A stretch of DNA of 64,000 nucleotides from Octopus vulgaris (Eukaryota): NCBI GenBank assembly GCA_951406725.2, contig OX597815.1:153822001-153886000 (forward strand), read 5' to 3'. The notes beneath the pieces are model-generated. The model saw only the letters and a program-made list of their open reading frames with translations. It made no database searches and was not told the origin of the DNA. Both the position numbers and the translations under genes were made by a program. Each line of letters starts with the position of its first letter. Positions within the stretch are counted from its first letter, which is position 1. Of the stretch, positions 53,076-64,000 are shown piece by piece.

Positions 53076-56000
53076 TTAGTTGGTGTGTGTATTAGTATGG
53101 CACATCATATGTGATGTGATGTGATGTGTAAAGTCATGTGGTGTAGTGAGGAGAAGAGGGGGAGGGGAGAAGAGGGGGAGAGAAGGGGAGGGGAAGAAGA
53201 GGGGATGAGAAGGGGGGAGAGGAGAGGATGGGGGAGAAGGAAGGGGATGAGGGGGATGAGGGGGATGAAGGAGGAAAGAGGGAGAGGGGGAGAGAGAAGG
53301 GGAGAGAGGGAGTGAGGGAGCAGAGGGAAGGGGACGAGGGAGGGAGAAAGAGGGAAGAAGGGAAGGGGAGTAGGGGTGAAAGGATGAAGGACTGAAGATG
53401 TAGGGGTGAAAGGATGAAGGACTGAAGAAGTAGGGGTCGGGGGAGAAAGGATAGGTGAGGAGGAGGGAAAGGGGGTTAGATGAGGAGGGGGGAGAGTTGA
53501 GACCAAATGGCGTATAAGAGCGAAGAGAGAAGATTAATTCCTGTTCACGGCGCAAACGGGAATCCGGATGGCCTCTGTGTAAGGACAAACCGAACACAGA
53601 TAGGTGTTGCAAGGAGTGACCGGTGGAGCGGAAATGGCGTGAGACCGGTGTGTCGTTCGCAAGGTGGATGTCACGAAGGTGTTCCGCGAACCGGTCAGCC
53701 AAGCGGCGTCCCGTTTGTCCGATGTACAAGGAATTGCAGAGAGAGCAAGAGATGCAATAGATAATATTGCTGGAGGTGCAGGTGAAGGAGTGGATGATGG
53801 GATAGGGTCGATGGTGGGTGCTAGTGAGGCGGGTGGTGTTGGAGAGGTAAGGGCAAGTGCGGCAACGTGGGCGGGAGCAGGGGAACGAGCCGGGTTGGGA
53901 GGTAGGGTCAGGGAAGGAGCTATGGACCAAAAGGTCTCGAAGGTTGTGGGCTCGTTTGAAAGAGGGGAGGGGTCGGTTAGGGAAGAGGTGTGAAGTGGAC
54001 GGGTCGGACTGGAGATGACGGAAAGCTCGAAGAATGGTGCGTTGGAGACGTAGGGTCGTGGGGTGGTAAGTGAGGGGAAAAGGGAGGCGGGAGACTACAG
54101 GGCGGGTTCGGGGAGAGAGAGCAGATACACGGTCCACGGACCGTGCTCTGGCAAGGGCGGTGTGGATAGTGGTGAGGGGGTATCCACGTAGGGTGAAGTG
54201 GTGAGCCATACGTTGAGACTGAGTCTCAAAGTCATGGTCGTCACTACAGAGCCTACGTAGACGGAGGAATTGGGAATAGGGGATGGAAAGCTTGGTGTGT
54301 TCTGGGTGGGAGGAAGAGAAGTTGAGGTATGAGTGTGAGTCTGTGTGTTTGTAGTGAATGGAGGTGGTAAGAGTGGAGCGAAGAATGCTAACCGAAATGT
54401 CGAGGAAGGAGACAGAGGTGTTGGAGATAGTGGAAGTGAAGTGGAGGGCTGGATGGAAAGATTGGACGAAAGAGAGGAAGGAATCTAGATGTTCGCGGGA
54501 GAGTGAGGTGGCACCGATAATGTCGTCAATATAACGACCATATAGTTCAGGAGTGGGACCAGTGAAATTAGAGAATATTTGGGCCTCAACATAGCCAACG
54601 AACAGGTTCGCATAGTTGGGGCCCATTCGCGTTCCCATGGCCACTCCCGAGACCTGATGGTAGAACTCGCCCGCGAACGAGAAGCAGTTCAGAGTAAGGA
54701 CAAGTTCGGCCAGACGAATGAGTGTGGAGGTGTCAGGTACAGGGTTAGAGCGGAGGTCAAGAAAGTGTCGAAGGGCCTGCAGTCCTTCGTGGTGAGGGAT
54801 AACAGTATAGAGGCTTTGGATGTCCATAGTAAAAAGGATTTTGGAGGAGCCGGGAGGAAAGGAGAAAGAGTTGAAAAGCCGGAGAGCATGGTTGGTATCG
54901 TGGATGTGGGAGGGAAGAGATGCCACTAGGGGGGCAAGGACACGGTCGAGGTATTTTGAGATGAGCTCCGTGGGGCAGTTACAGGCGGAGACGATGGGGC
55001 GGCCAGGGTTGTTGGGTTTGTGGATTTTGGGGAGGAAGTAAATGGTGGGGGTACGTGGGGTTCGCACAATTAGGTTGGATGCGGTGCGGGGGAGACGGGA
55101 GGACGAGATGAGGTCTTGGACAGTAGAGGATACCGTCTGTTGGTAGCTACGTGTGGGGTTAGAGGGCAGAGGGGAATAGAAGGAGGTGTCATTGAGTTGG
55201 CGGAAAGCCTCGGCCCTATAGAGGTCCGCGCGCCACACCACTACAGCTCCACCCTTGTCAGCCGGTTTGATGATAATGTCAGCGCGCCGTTGGAGGGAAC
55301 GAAGAGCCAAGAGCTCAGCCGGGGAGATGTTGAGGCGGCGTTGGCGCCTGGAGAAGTTGAACCGCTCCAATGCACGCTGACAAGCGCCCGCGAAAAGATC
55401 CACTGCTAGGATCTGGCCAGGGGCAGGCGTCCACGGGGATGGTCGGCGGCCCAGGCCAGTGAAGCAGTCGTCCTCTTCGTTGGGTGTGGGTGGCGAGTCG
55501 TGGTAATGCGCACCCAACCGGACACGGCGCACAAAGCTGTGGACATCAACTCGCGTCTGGAATTCCTTACAGGATGGAGTGAGGGGGATGAAACGCAGAC
55601 CCCTACCAAGGACGGAGCGTTCAGCCGCAGAGAGGGGAAGATCGGGGGGAATGGTAACAACAGACGGAAGTGGAGAAGGGGTGGATGGAATAGAAGTAGG
55701 AGGGGTGGTAGGTCTCGGGGAGGTCTGAGGGGGAGGGATTGGAGAGGTGTGTGGGGGGTGGTTGGGCGGGGCAGTAGGGTTAGGTGTAGGTGGATGGAGC
55801 CTAACGGGAGGGGAGAAGGGGTTGTAGGGAGGGGCAGTGGGGTTAGGTGTGGGTGGATGGAGCCTATCGGGAGGGGAGAAGGGTGGTGGAGGAGTTGGGG
55901 TAGTGGCGTCGGGTAGGGTGGAATGGAAGAGTGATTGGAGTTTACGAAGTTTGGTATCAGAAAGAAATTGATGGAAGAGTTGATTCAAATGGATAATGAA

Positions 56001-56384
56001 GCGTAGCGTGTTTGGAGCATAGAGAGGCGGCAGAGAGGAGAAGAAGGTGGAGAAAGCAGGAGGAAGAAGGCGGTTGATGGCATGTAGTTTGGAGAGATTG
56101 GAGCGAATGGTGGCCCGCATAAGGCGGTAAGATGTGGTGCGGAGTATGGGTAAGATGGAAGAATCCGAGTGGAGAGCAGGGTGGAAGTGGAGGCGGAAAC
56201 CTTTAGGGATGAGTCGGTGATGTAGGCAGCGGCTTAGGAAAGAGACATGGCTAGAGAAGCGGGTTTTTTTAAAAAGAAGTAGAGAGAGATTAACGGACGG
56301 CTGAAGGCAATATACAGGAAGCGAACGTAGATGATCCTTCAAACGGTGATGGAGGGTGAGGAGGTAGGACCTAGGATCCGGCAT
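53076..56384 (-). CDS. PLE polyprotein: reverse transcriptase + GIY-YIG endonuclease (1102 aa)
   Basis: IIKPADKGGAVVV, LPKIHK..PGRPIVS, MDIQSLYT, GVAMGTRMGPNYANLF, YGRYIDD, FLD, Cys linker CSRPRCRTC, NIIYCISC..C..LYIGQTGRRLADRFAEH, GLN. The last ~130 aa are low-complexity read-through. Confidence 0.95.
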   Translation of the reverse strand: MPDPRSYLLTLHHRLKDHLRSLPVYCLQPSVNLSLLLFKKTRFSSHVSFLSRCLHHRLIPKGFRLHFHPALHSDSSILPILRTTSYRLMRATIRSNLSKLHAINRLLPPAFSTFFSSLPPLYAPNTLRFIIHLNQLFHQFLSDTKLRKLQSLFHSTLPDATTPTPPPPFSPPDRLHPPTPNPTAPPYNPFSPPVRLHPPTPNPTAPPNHPPHTSPIPPPQTSPRPTTPPTSIPSTPSPLPSVVTIPPDLPLSAAERSVLGRGLRFIPLTPSCKEFQTRVDVHSFVRRVRLGAHYHDSPPTPNEEDDCFTGLGRRPSPWTPAPGQILAVDLFAGACQRALERFNFSRRQRRLNISPAELLALRSLQRRADIIIKPADKGGAVVVWRADLYRAEAFRQLNDTSFYSPLPSNPTRSYQQTVSSTVQDLISSSRLPRTASNLIVRTPRTPTIYFLPKIHKPNNPGRPIVSACNCPTELISKYLDRVLAPLVASLPSHIHDTNHALRLFNSFSFPPGSSKILFTMDIQSLYTVIPHHEGLQALRHFLDLRSNPVPDTSTLIRLAELVLTLNCFSFAGEFYHQVSGVAMGTRMGPNYANLFVGYVEAQIFSNFTGPTPELYGRYIDDIIGATSLSREHLDSFLSFVQSFHPALHFTSTISNTSVSFLDISVSILRSTLTTSIHYKHTDSHSYLNFSSSHPEHTKLSIPYSQFLRLRRLCSDDHDFETQSQRMAHHFTLRGYPLTTIHTALARARSVDRVSALSPRTRPVVSRLPFPLTYHPTTLRLQRTILRAFRHLQSDPSTSHLFPNRPLPSFKRAHNLRDLLVHSSFPDPTSQPGSFPCSRPRCRTCPYLSNTTRLTSTHHRPYPIIHSFTCTSSNIIYCISCSLCNSLYIGQTGRRLADRFAEHLRDIHLANDTPVSRHFRSTGHSLQHLSVFGLSLHRGHPDSRLRREQELIFSLRSYTPFGLNSPPSSSNPLSLLLTYPFSPDPYFFSPSSFHPYIFSPSSFHPYSPSLLPSFSLPRPLPSAPSLPLSPSLSPSPSFLLHPPHPPHPLPSPPSSPLPPSHPLFFPSPSLPLFSPPPLLLTTPHDFTHHITSHMMCHTNTHTN

Positions 56385-56491
56385 GATGGGATAGCGGAAA
56401 CCTGCCGTCGCTCAACCTCGAACCCGGGTCCCTACTACGTATCGCACAATACAGAAAAAACAAATACAGAAATACACTTATACAACTACAT

Positions 56492-56492
56492 A

Positions 56493-56570
<78 letters not shown>
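56492..56570. repeat. (CCAG)n microsatellite inside a short inverted repeat (about 56445-56495 / 56682-56732)
   Basis: Directly visible. Confidence 0.85.
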
Positions 56571-56571
<1 letters not shown>

Positions 56572-56737
56572 AAAGATTTAGACATTGCGTTTATTAACCT
56601 TTATAGTTATGTAATATTACCTAAGTAGCATATATGGTATGTAGTTTTATAATTGTATTAGCATATACAATTAGCATATATGGCATGTAGTCGTATACTT
56701 GTATTTCTGTATTTGTTTTTTCTGTATTGTGTGAAAA

Positions 56738-56812
56738 CATCCTGATGAGGCGAGTGTCAGTATGAAAAATATATCATATTACTTGGCACGTCTCTGAAAC
56801 GGCCCTTAGTTG
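56738..56812 (+). ncRNA. Degenerate HHR motif
   Basis: catc CTGATGA gg..GTGTCAG...TTGGCAC..ct GAAA CGGCCC TTA gttg. Stems I and III are imperfect. Confidence 0.5.
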
Positions 56813-57489
56813 GAATTTTTAAATTTTTGTATTATTTCCTCGGTATTTTAGTACGTCTTTTTAATGTTTTATCATCTCAAATTTTTATTATACCAATGTA
56901 TTGTAACTTTTAAATCTAAAATTCACTGTGTTTTATGTATCACATCAAAATTTATTTATATGTATTTTTATATCTATATATTTGGAATTTTTATATCCGT
57001 TTTATACATGTAGAAGAATATATAGATATATTTGATTTTAAATGTGGTCATTAATTATATTCCTCTAGTTTCCTCTTGCATTGCCTCCATTGAGATTATT
57101 AAGTGGAATATAGCTCACTTGGAGCACTACAACTCCAGCCTGTAGTTTATTTGTGGGTATTCTTAACACTAGCAATATCAAAATAAAGCAGTGTATCTTA
57201 TATATATATATATATATACCAATATTAATATGTTGATTCTGTTGATGATCACCCGATCGATTAGGATGTAATTTCTTTTTGTGCCTAATTCTCACCCTGA
57301 GGAAGTATTCAACTCACAGTTTTCAAGATGCAACTTTTAATTTATTAGTTTGTAATTGAATAAGTTGAGTATGCAAACAATTGCGTATGAAAACAATGAG
57401 TTGAGTATGAATACAGAAAATTTTAACAGTATTTTAATAAATTGAAGTTTATCAGTTAAAACTCTTCATTTCTCCTTTTGATATATATA

Positions 57490-57830
57490 TCGTAACATAA
57501 TTGCCAACCAAGTCTGGCATCCTATACGGGACAGTGCTACTGACGTTTATAGCATCGGGAAGACATTTCTTCCAGCTGACTAATGACACACATTCTGTGT
57601 CCGATTACTATTTGCGAGGGGAGGTTATCACTTTCATCCTTAGCCTTGGTGACTAACACACACCGAGGACGGGTAAGCGCCTAGAAATTCGAGTCCGTAT
57701 GTGTCATGTGATTACCTCACCTCGCAAATACTAATCGGACACAGAATGTGGGTCATTAGCCAGTTGGAAAAGATGTATTCCTGGGGCTATAAACATCAGT
57801 AGTACTGTCCAGTATAGGAAGTCACACTTT
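57490..57830. mobile_element. Decayed fold-back element with HHR-like spacer (57657-57701)
   Basis: Arms at about 57520-57630 and 57710-57818. CCGAGGA cGGGT aagc GCCTa GAAA TTCGAG TC cgt. Related to 42598-43112. Confidence 0.65.
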
Positions 57831-57896
57831 GTTGGCAATTGTATGCTACGATTCTGTATTGCTAGAGTTTACATCTCGCTCTGAGATTTATTATAG

Positions 57897-58002
<106 letters not shown>

Positions 58003-58089
58003 CATACATACATAGATACATATACATATATACACATATACACATACACACGCACACACGAACACACACACACACACACACACATACAA

Positions 58090-58499
58090 CTTATAAACAA
58101 GGGTAAAAGAAAATTATTTCTATGCCAATATGCTGATAACAGACTTTTAAATCGTCAATTTCCACATATTATTATATACCCACTACAGAAATTCGCTTTC
58201 TTTTGGTGGGGCTAGGGTCTGGCATGTAACTAATACTATCCATGAAACTGCTAGCTGCCAGAGCCCGGTTGTAGTACGAGGCGGCAGCATCAAAGATCTC
58301 TTTGCTTGAAGACAAGCTGGATATTCCCTTGTAGTGGGTATATAATAATATGTGGAAATTGACGATTTAAAAGTCTGTTATCAGCATATTGGCATAGAAA
58401 TAATTTTATTTTGTCCTTGTTTATAATTTTCACCTTTAACAGTATTTTAATATGCTGCCACTTTTTTGATGGAATTTTTTTCTGTAAAAAAACTTCATC

Positions 58500-58500
<1 letters not shown>
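58090..58500. mobile_element. Fold-back element whose spacer is a piece of PLE ORF
   Basis: Arms at about 58090-58187 and 58330-58426. The spacer at about 58192-58330 matches 62706-62845. Confidence 0.85.
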
Positions 58501-58563
<63 letters not shown>

Positions 58564-59538
58564 TTTGTACATATAGGTATGATCGTGGGTGGATGTACGG
58601 ATGTATGTTTTTATTACACATATGAGCACGCAGGTGCGTATTTGGATATGTATATATGTATATGCGAATATTTATTCATTGGTGTATATAAATATAGGTT
58701 TTATTTGTACGTATGAGTGCTCAGATATATATTTAAATATATATATATGTATGTGAGAAAGTTCCCTGACACAGTATATGAAAGTGTATTAATATTTATG
58801 CGTATATGCGGATGTGCGTGTGAGTGTGTGTGTTAGTGTTAGACACTGCTGCCTGTACTGATTTGTCTATAAGCCATGCGATGACAGACATACACTCTGC
58901 AATTTAGTGAATGTGTAGCGATGTGTCGGGGTGTATTCATGTGTGTGTGAGTTTCTGTGTGGATGTGTGGGTTTAGGGTTAGATGTGGATGTGTATGTTT
59001 TGCTTGTTCGGTGTGGTGGAGGTCGGGCGGCTCTCAATTGACCAACCGTGAGGAAGATAATGATAATTTTAAATTCAAATCCAATAGTGTATTTATGTCA
59101 TAAGGAAAATTACTAAAAGGAACCCGGACATACATATGTATCACTCTGAATCCTAATGTAAGCGTTATTAATAATATTATGAATGATAATAATGGTAGCA
59201 TTAATAGTATTGACAACGATAATTATGCTAACTTTAATGACACTTTAGAAATTAGTATGAAGTAATATAATGTACTATTGACTATGTATATTTGCATCTA
59301 GGTGCTAATTTGTGTATGTTTATTATCACAATATTAAGTCGAAAAACTGAGACATTGAATGTGGAACACATATATATGTTTACTAGTTTATATTATTTAT
59401 TTATATCATTATGTATATGTATATTTTTATATGTATAGGAGTGTGAGTATATGCACTCATATGTATATGTATATGCTGTATTATGGGTATATGTCTACAC
59501 CCATGTGGGTATATATGTAGACTGATTTATATTACATA

Positions 59539-59665
59539 ATCTCCGAAGAGGCCTTATGATATTTTTGCAAATGTCTCATTTATATCTATATATTGACCTA
59601 CCTTAAAAGGCTAATATTGGTAAAATGAGACATACTTATCTACATGGCCGAAACAGCTGTAAGAT
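59539..59665 (+). ncRNA. Type I HHR motif (U4C core, long stem II insert)
   Basis: atct CCGAAGA GGCC [~90 nt] GGCC GAAA CAGCTG TA agat. Confidence 0.72.
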
Positions 59666-59934
59666 GTAATCTATACTTATATTTATATTTACTTATATTT
59701 ATATTCGCTTTTATATATATTCTACTTATTATACAACATTACTCTTTTATGTACACTTTTTTATGTACATTCCTTTATGTACACTGATTTGTTCTGCTTT
59801 TTATATTTAACCCTACAGGTTATGTGGTGGTTTAATAAAGTATGTGATTGAGTATTATCTGGTAATTGATATTTGATTTAGAAGTATTTCTCCATTTTCT
59901 TATCTTGTATATATATATATATATATATATATGT

Positions 59935-60189
59935 GTGGAGGCGCAATGGCCTAGTGGTTAGGGCATTGTGTGTGTTTATTGAGCGAAAACACCTAAAAGC
60001 TCCACGAGGCTCCGGCAGGGGGTGGTGATCCCTGCTGTACTCTTTCACCACTCTTTCTCCCACTCTTTCTTCTGTTGGCCTGCTCGCTTAGCCAGCGGGG
60101 TGGCGTCATTCGAAGGCTAAAACAATGTGAACGCATTGTGACCAGCGATGTGTAACAGCATCTGATGGTCTGGTCGGTCACGTGATCAT

Positions 60190-60190
<1 letters not shown>
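59935..60190 (+). mobile_element. tRNA-derived SINE (internally deleted relative of 4259-4641)
   Basis: GTGGAGGCGCAATGGCCTAGTGGTTAGGGCA ... GAGCGAAAACACCTAAAAGCTCCACGAGGCTCCGGCAGGG. Confidence 0.8.
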
Positions 60191-60249
<59 letters not shown>

Positions 60250-60251
<2 letters not shown>

Positions 60252-60498
60252 TGTATTTGCATAGCGAATGACTTGATCTGAGATCGTGTGCTGGAACGAA
60301 AACAATTGCAGCGTGGAAGGTGTTAATAAGCCATTTAAGAAACACACAAAACCGTTAGATTTACTTCGACATTTAAATTTAATTTATCAAAATATTTTCG
60401 TCGTTTTGAGACCGCGACCTGTTCACTGACAAAACTTCAGCACGAAGTTTTTGTGTGTTTCTTAAATGGCTTATAAACACCTTCCACGCTGCAATTGT
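60250..60498. mobile_element. Fold-back element with G3-C8 HHR
   Basis: Arms at about 60301-60351 and 60447-60499. Same family as 32256-32850. Confidence 0.8.
60383..60433 (-). ncRNA. Type I HHR motif with swapped G3-C8 core
   Basis: tttgtca GTGAACA g GTCG cggtctcaaaa CGAC GAAA ATAT TT tgataaa. Confidence 0.72.
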
Positions 60499-60502
60499 TG
60501 TG

Positions 60503-60624
<122 letters not shown>

Positions 60625-61003
60625 ACTTTAGGAAAAGTAGCACCATTGACTCTTGTAGAACTTCCATTACTGGTGGCAGAAAGGGAATAATTTCTATCCT
60701 TAAATCAAAGTCGTGATGCGAATTCTTACATCACTGCTAAACGCACTCAAATTCTAGATAATGGTGTTAAACAGAGGTGGCATATTAATTCTACAATCTA
60801 ACAGTTTCGGAATATTTATTTTATCGTTTCTCTTTTCCAGCCATGAATTCCACAGTAGATGTGGCATTCAGGTGTGTACCGAAGATTATCAAGGATGGAA
60901 CAACATACATGAACATGTGGCGAGTGGAAGTAAGTGCCATACGATGTTTATACATATGAATACACATACACACGCACACATACACACACACACACATATA
61001 TGC

Positions 61004-61075
<72 letters not shown>

Positions 61076-61078
<3 letters not shown>

Positions 61079-61238
61079 CGCAGAAGTGGCTGTGTGGTAA
61101 GTAGCTTGGTAACCAACCACATGGTTCCGGGTTCAGTCCACTGCGTGGCATCTTGGGCAAGTGTCTTCTGCTATAGCCCCGGGCCGACCAATGCCTTGTG
61201 AGTGGATTTGGTAGACGGAAACTGAAAGAAGCCTGCCG
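61076..61238 (+). mobile_element. SINE family B 5' part, in (TA)n
   Basis: Reverse complement of 33465-33624. Confidence 0.85.
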
Positions 61239-61259
61239 TATATATATATATATATATAT

Positions 61260-63356
61260 AGTTGCGTGAGTCGTCTAAGAGACCATAAGTGAGGGAGAGG
61301 ATGCACTCGTATAACTGTCAGTAGAGTGGGTATATTATCCGAATTTTATAGTATTAAGTATCCATCACAGCTGATCTTGCCAATCGGTTTCGCGTAAAGA
61401 ATACAATGGAGTATTAGGTAACAATCTAATTATGTAACTCTTCGCCGATATGGAAGAGAATATGGCGACTGCTCTCTATTGCCAGAGGTGGATTAGCACA
61501 ACCGGTCAGCGGCTGCTGTGAAAAAAGTGGCGAAACGAAAAAAGGATCCAGGGGACTTGGCGAGGACTTATGTATCTTGGTTGGGTGTACTGTGAGCCTG
61601 GCAAGAGTTATCCCGAAGTGGGGGAAAGTATATATTATTAATGTGATATCTCTGCGGCGATTGGGTGCATGATATGGGGTGTGTGGTATGTGTAGCGGTG
61701 TCATATGTATAATTTTTTCCGGGCGTGTAGGTATATATATAGCTGTGTTCATTGGTCTGTTTTTTTTCTGTAAAGGATAAAGTTTTTTTTTTTTTTATAT
61801 TAGCGTGCGGTGAGTAATGTGTGTGTGTGTGTGTGTGTTGAGGGGTCTGTGTATATGTGAAGGTACAATTTGTTTGAGGGGTTATGTGTTGGGGTGGTGG
61901 GTGATAGTTATTTGCAGGGTGTCTACCTTATAGGGTGTGTGTGTGTACATGGGTGCATTGGTGTGTGCCTTGGTCAGACTCTTTTTGCCGGGCTCAAGAG
62001 CATTGGCGGAAGGTCGAGGCAGGGGACCTGTGGTTGAAGACATGGTGGGGTGCGCAGGTACGATAGAATGTACTTCCTTTCATGCGGGCAAGGATTAAAC
62101 ACCTCACTCCTACGATTCGGGTAAACATCCGGACGTTGGGTACGTTTTAAAATCGCTCTCTTTTCAGCCAGGCATAATCTGTACTTCCTGCTGCTATTGA
62201 AGAACGGCTTGCATCTGTTTAGGATCTTCCACTTTATGCTGTACTCCATGGTGCTTTCTTTCAAAATCCAGGCGTGCTTGACTAGGGTTGTGGCGTTATA
62301 TCTCTCTGGGATGTTGAATGGAGGACTTGTGGTTATTAAAGCGGGTTCTGACGGGGCTTTCCATGACCCCCACATATTTCCGGACGCTCGGTTGTCTATT
62401 GGGTCCTGTTGCTGTTACTTCTGCCTCGCAAAGAACTGTTTTCGTATTGCAGTGGCCGTTTAGTAGGCAAGTTGTATTACCCCTGAAGGAGCATCCTGCC
62501 TCAGTCTCGGGTGTGGGACCTACCTACTAAAATCTTGTTTACGCTAGGTGCACAGCTAAAGGATAATCTCAGGGTATGTCTATCAAATATCTTGTTGAAT
62601 CTATTAGTACGGGGGAAGTGTCTATCAACTAAATTAAGGAAGATCTTACCTGCTCTTGTCCTAACGTTTAAAGAGAATGGCGGTGCGAACCATAGTACTT
62701 TCCAATTGCGCTTTCTTTTGGTGGGACTAGAGTCTGGCATGTAACTACTACTATCCATGAAACTGCTAGCAGCCAGAGTCCGGTTGTAGTACGAGACGGC
62801 AGCATCAAAGATCTCTTTGCTTGAAGACAAGCCGGATATTCCCTTGGTGACACCTTTAACCAGGTTCCTGGACACTATGGCTGGATGGCAGGAACCAGTT
62901 TTAATGTAAGACAACTTCTCACTTGGTTTTCTAAAGGGCCTGATTACAGGTCTAGGGTCACTTCAAGAAAATCTGCTGTTTTTAGGTTGGTCTCTGTAGT
63001 GACCTTCAGTCCGAGGGAGTTTATGGTGCTAGTGAGGTCCTTTCTGAGCCCATATAGCATATGGCCGTTAGCCCTTCTTTATATTGCCAGCGCGTTGTCC
63101 TTGTAGAGGTTGTCCATTGGGTTCTGTTGTTACTTCTGCCTCGTAAACAATTGTCTCCGTATTGTACCCCTGCATGAGCATCCTGCCTCTGCCCCGGGTG
63201 TGGGCCTACCTATTAAAATCTTTTAGACACTTTGCCCTTACTAATAAACTCAGCAAAATATTTAATAGACATACTCTGAGATTATCCTTTAGCTATGCAC
63301 CTAGTGTAAAGAAGATTTTAGTAGGTTGGCCTACACCCGAGGCAGAGGCAGGATGA
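61260..63356 (-). mobile_element. 5'-truncated, decayed PLE (WFxPP/CxLC-CxH type) with rearranged, partly inverted 5' end
   Basis: YKDNAL, GLKVTTETNLKTADFLEVTLDL, SCHP, KVLWFAPPFS, KIFDRHTLRLSFSC, IKWKIL..RLCLAEK..CPH. 63120-63356 repeats part of 62400-62620, first direct and then inverted. Confidence 0.82.
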
Positions 63357-64000
63357 AAAACTTTTAATTATAGGTCTGTTCTTCTATAGTTGCCTGTAGT
63401 CTAAACAAAAATTTATTAAGAAAGACGATACATTATAATTTTCTTGCTCATTTATATTAATAATGAGCCAGGAATCGGCATACAAAAGTACCTCATGTCT
63501 TTTCTTGTGATTTTAGGGCTCCGGGATATATTTTCTTTTACTCCTGTCGTATTACGACTTGAATATTTTGCCGTCTTATACCATGAGTTGAACCAAGAAT
63601 ACATACATTTGAATGTATTTAAATTTCATGTGTATCATACAGTTGGATGGCTCTTCTGAACGATTTTGTCACAAATTAATTTTCTAGATTTGTCAGTCTA
63701 TCAAATAAAGAATACAGCCTGTAAACGAACCAACGAGCGAATAACAAATCAAGGTAGGAACATATGTAGTCATATCAGCTGTAAGAAGTAGCAGTCAAAC
63801 CTCTCTCAAATGATACACTATGTTCTTTTAAAATAATAAGATCACATACTAAATAATTTTCTCAATGCATTATGATTAAGAGAAAAAAGGAGAAGGAATA
63901 GTGATGGGTAGGTTACCTCTGATCCTTTGTCTGCTGGACTAAGACCAAGATCTAGAGTTAACCAACAATCTAAAGATAACCAATAGTAGAAACTTTCCGT

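Larger units (their letters stand above)
52450..56440 (-). mobile_element. Penelope-like retroelement (Neptune-like), apparently intact, with 3' pLTR
   Basis: Single long ORF. The 3' terminal region is shared with solo copies at 138 and 32048. Abuts (TA)n. Confidence 0.92.

Noticed and set aside
53507-55916. Plus-strand ORFs opposite the PLE
   Set aside because: They are antisense shadows of a GC-rich ORF.
57290-57430. CTGAGGA-GTATTC...GAATAC-aGAAA
   Set aside because: The closing pair is mismatched and stems I and III are missing. At most a remnant.
61375-61455. HHR in the 3' end of the 61-63 kb PLE
   Set aside because: GAAACCGATT is present on the minus strand, but there is no recognisable 5' core half.

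Overview
AT-rich, microsatellite-dense animal genomic DNA. The repeat repertoire resembles octopus/cephalopod sequence; this is recognition, not a database result. The only host gene I can support is the first coding exon of a flavin-containing monooxygenase (FMO, minus strand, 896-1228), which continues off the left edge. The rest is mostly mobile DNA: three different Penelope-like retroelements (PLEs; one intact 1102-aa RT+GIY-YIG ORF, two decayed) plus fragments, RTE/CR1/RLE-type LINE remnants, Tc1 and mariner remnants, MITEs, Helitron pieces and many tRNA-derived SINEs. The main unexplained signal is about 25 type I hammerhead-ribozyme (HHR)-like motifs from about 10 sequence families. They sit in PLE termini and in short, mostly (TA)n-flanked fold-back elements. 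They include the canonical C3-G8 core and both compensatory U3-A8 and G3-C8 cores, short or palindromic stem III suggesting dimeric cleavage, and one element joining a tRNA-derived Pol III head to a 3' HHR. All folds were read by eye and none has been tested for cleavage. Most ORF-track entries are microsatellite artefacts.
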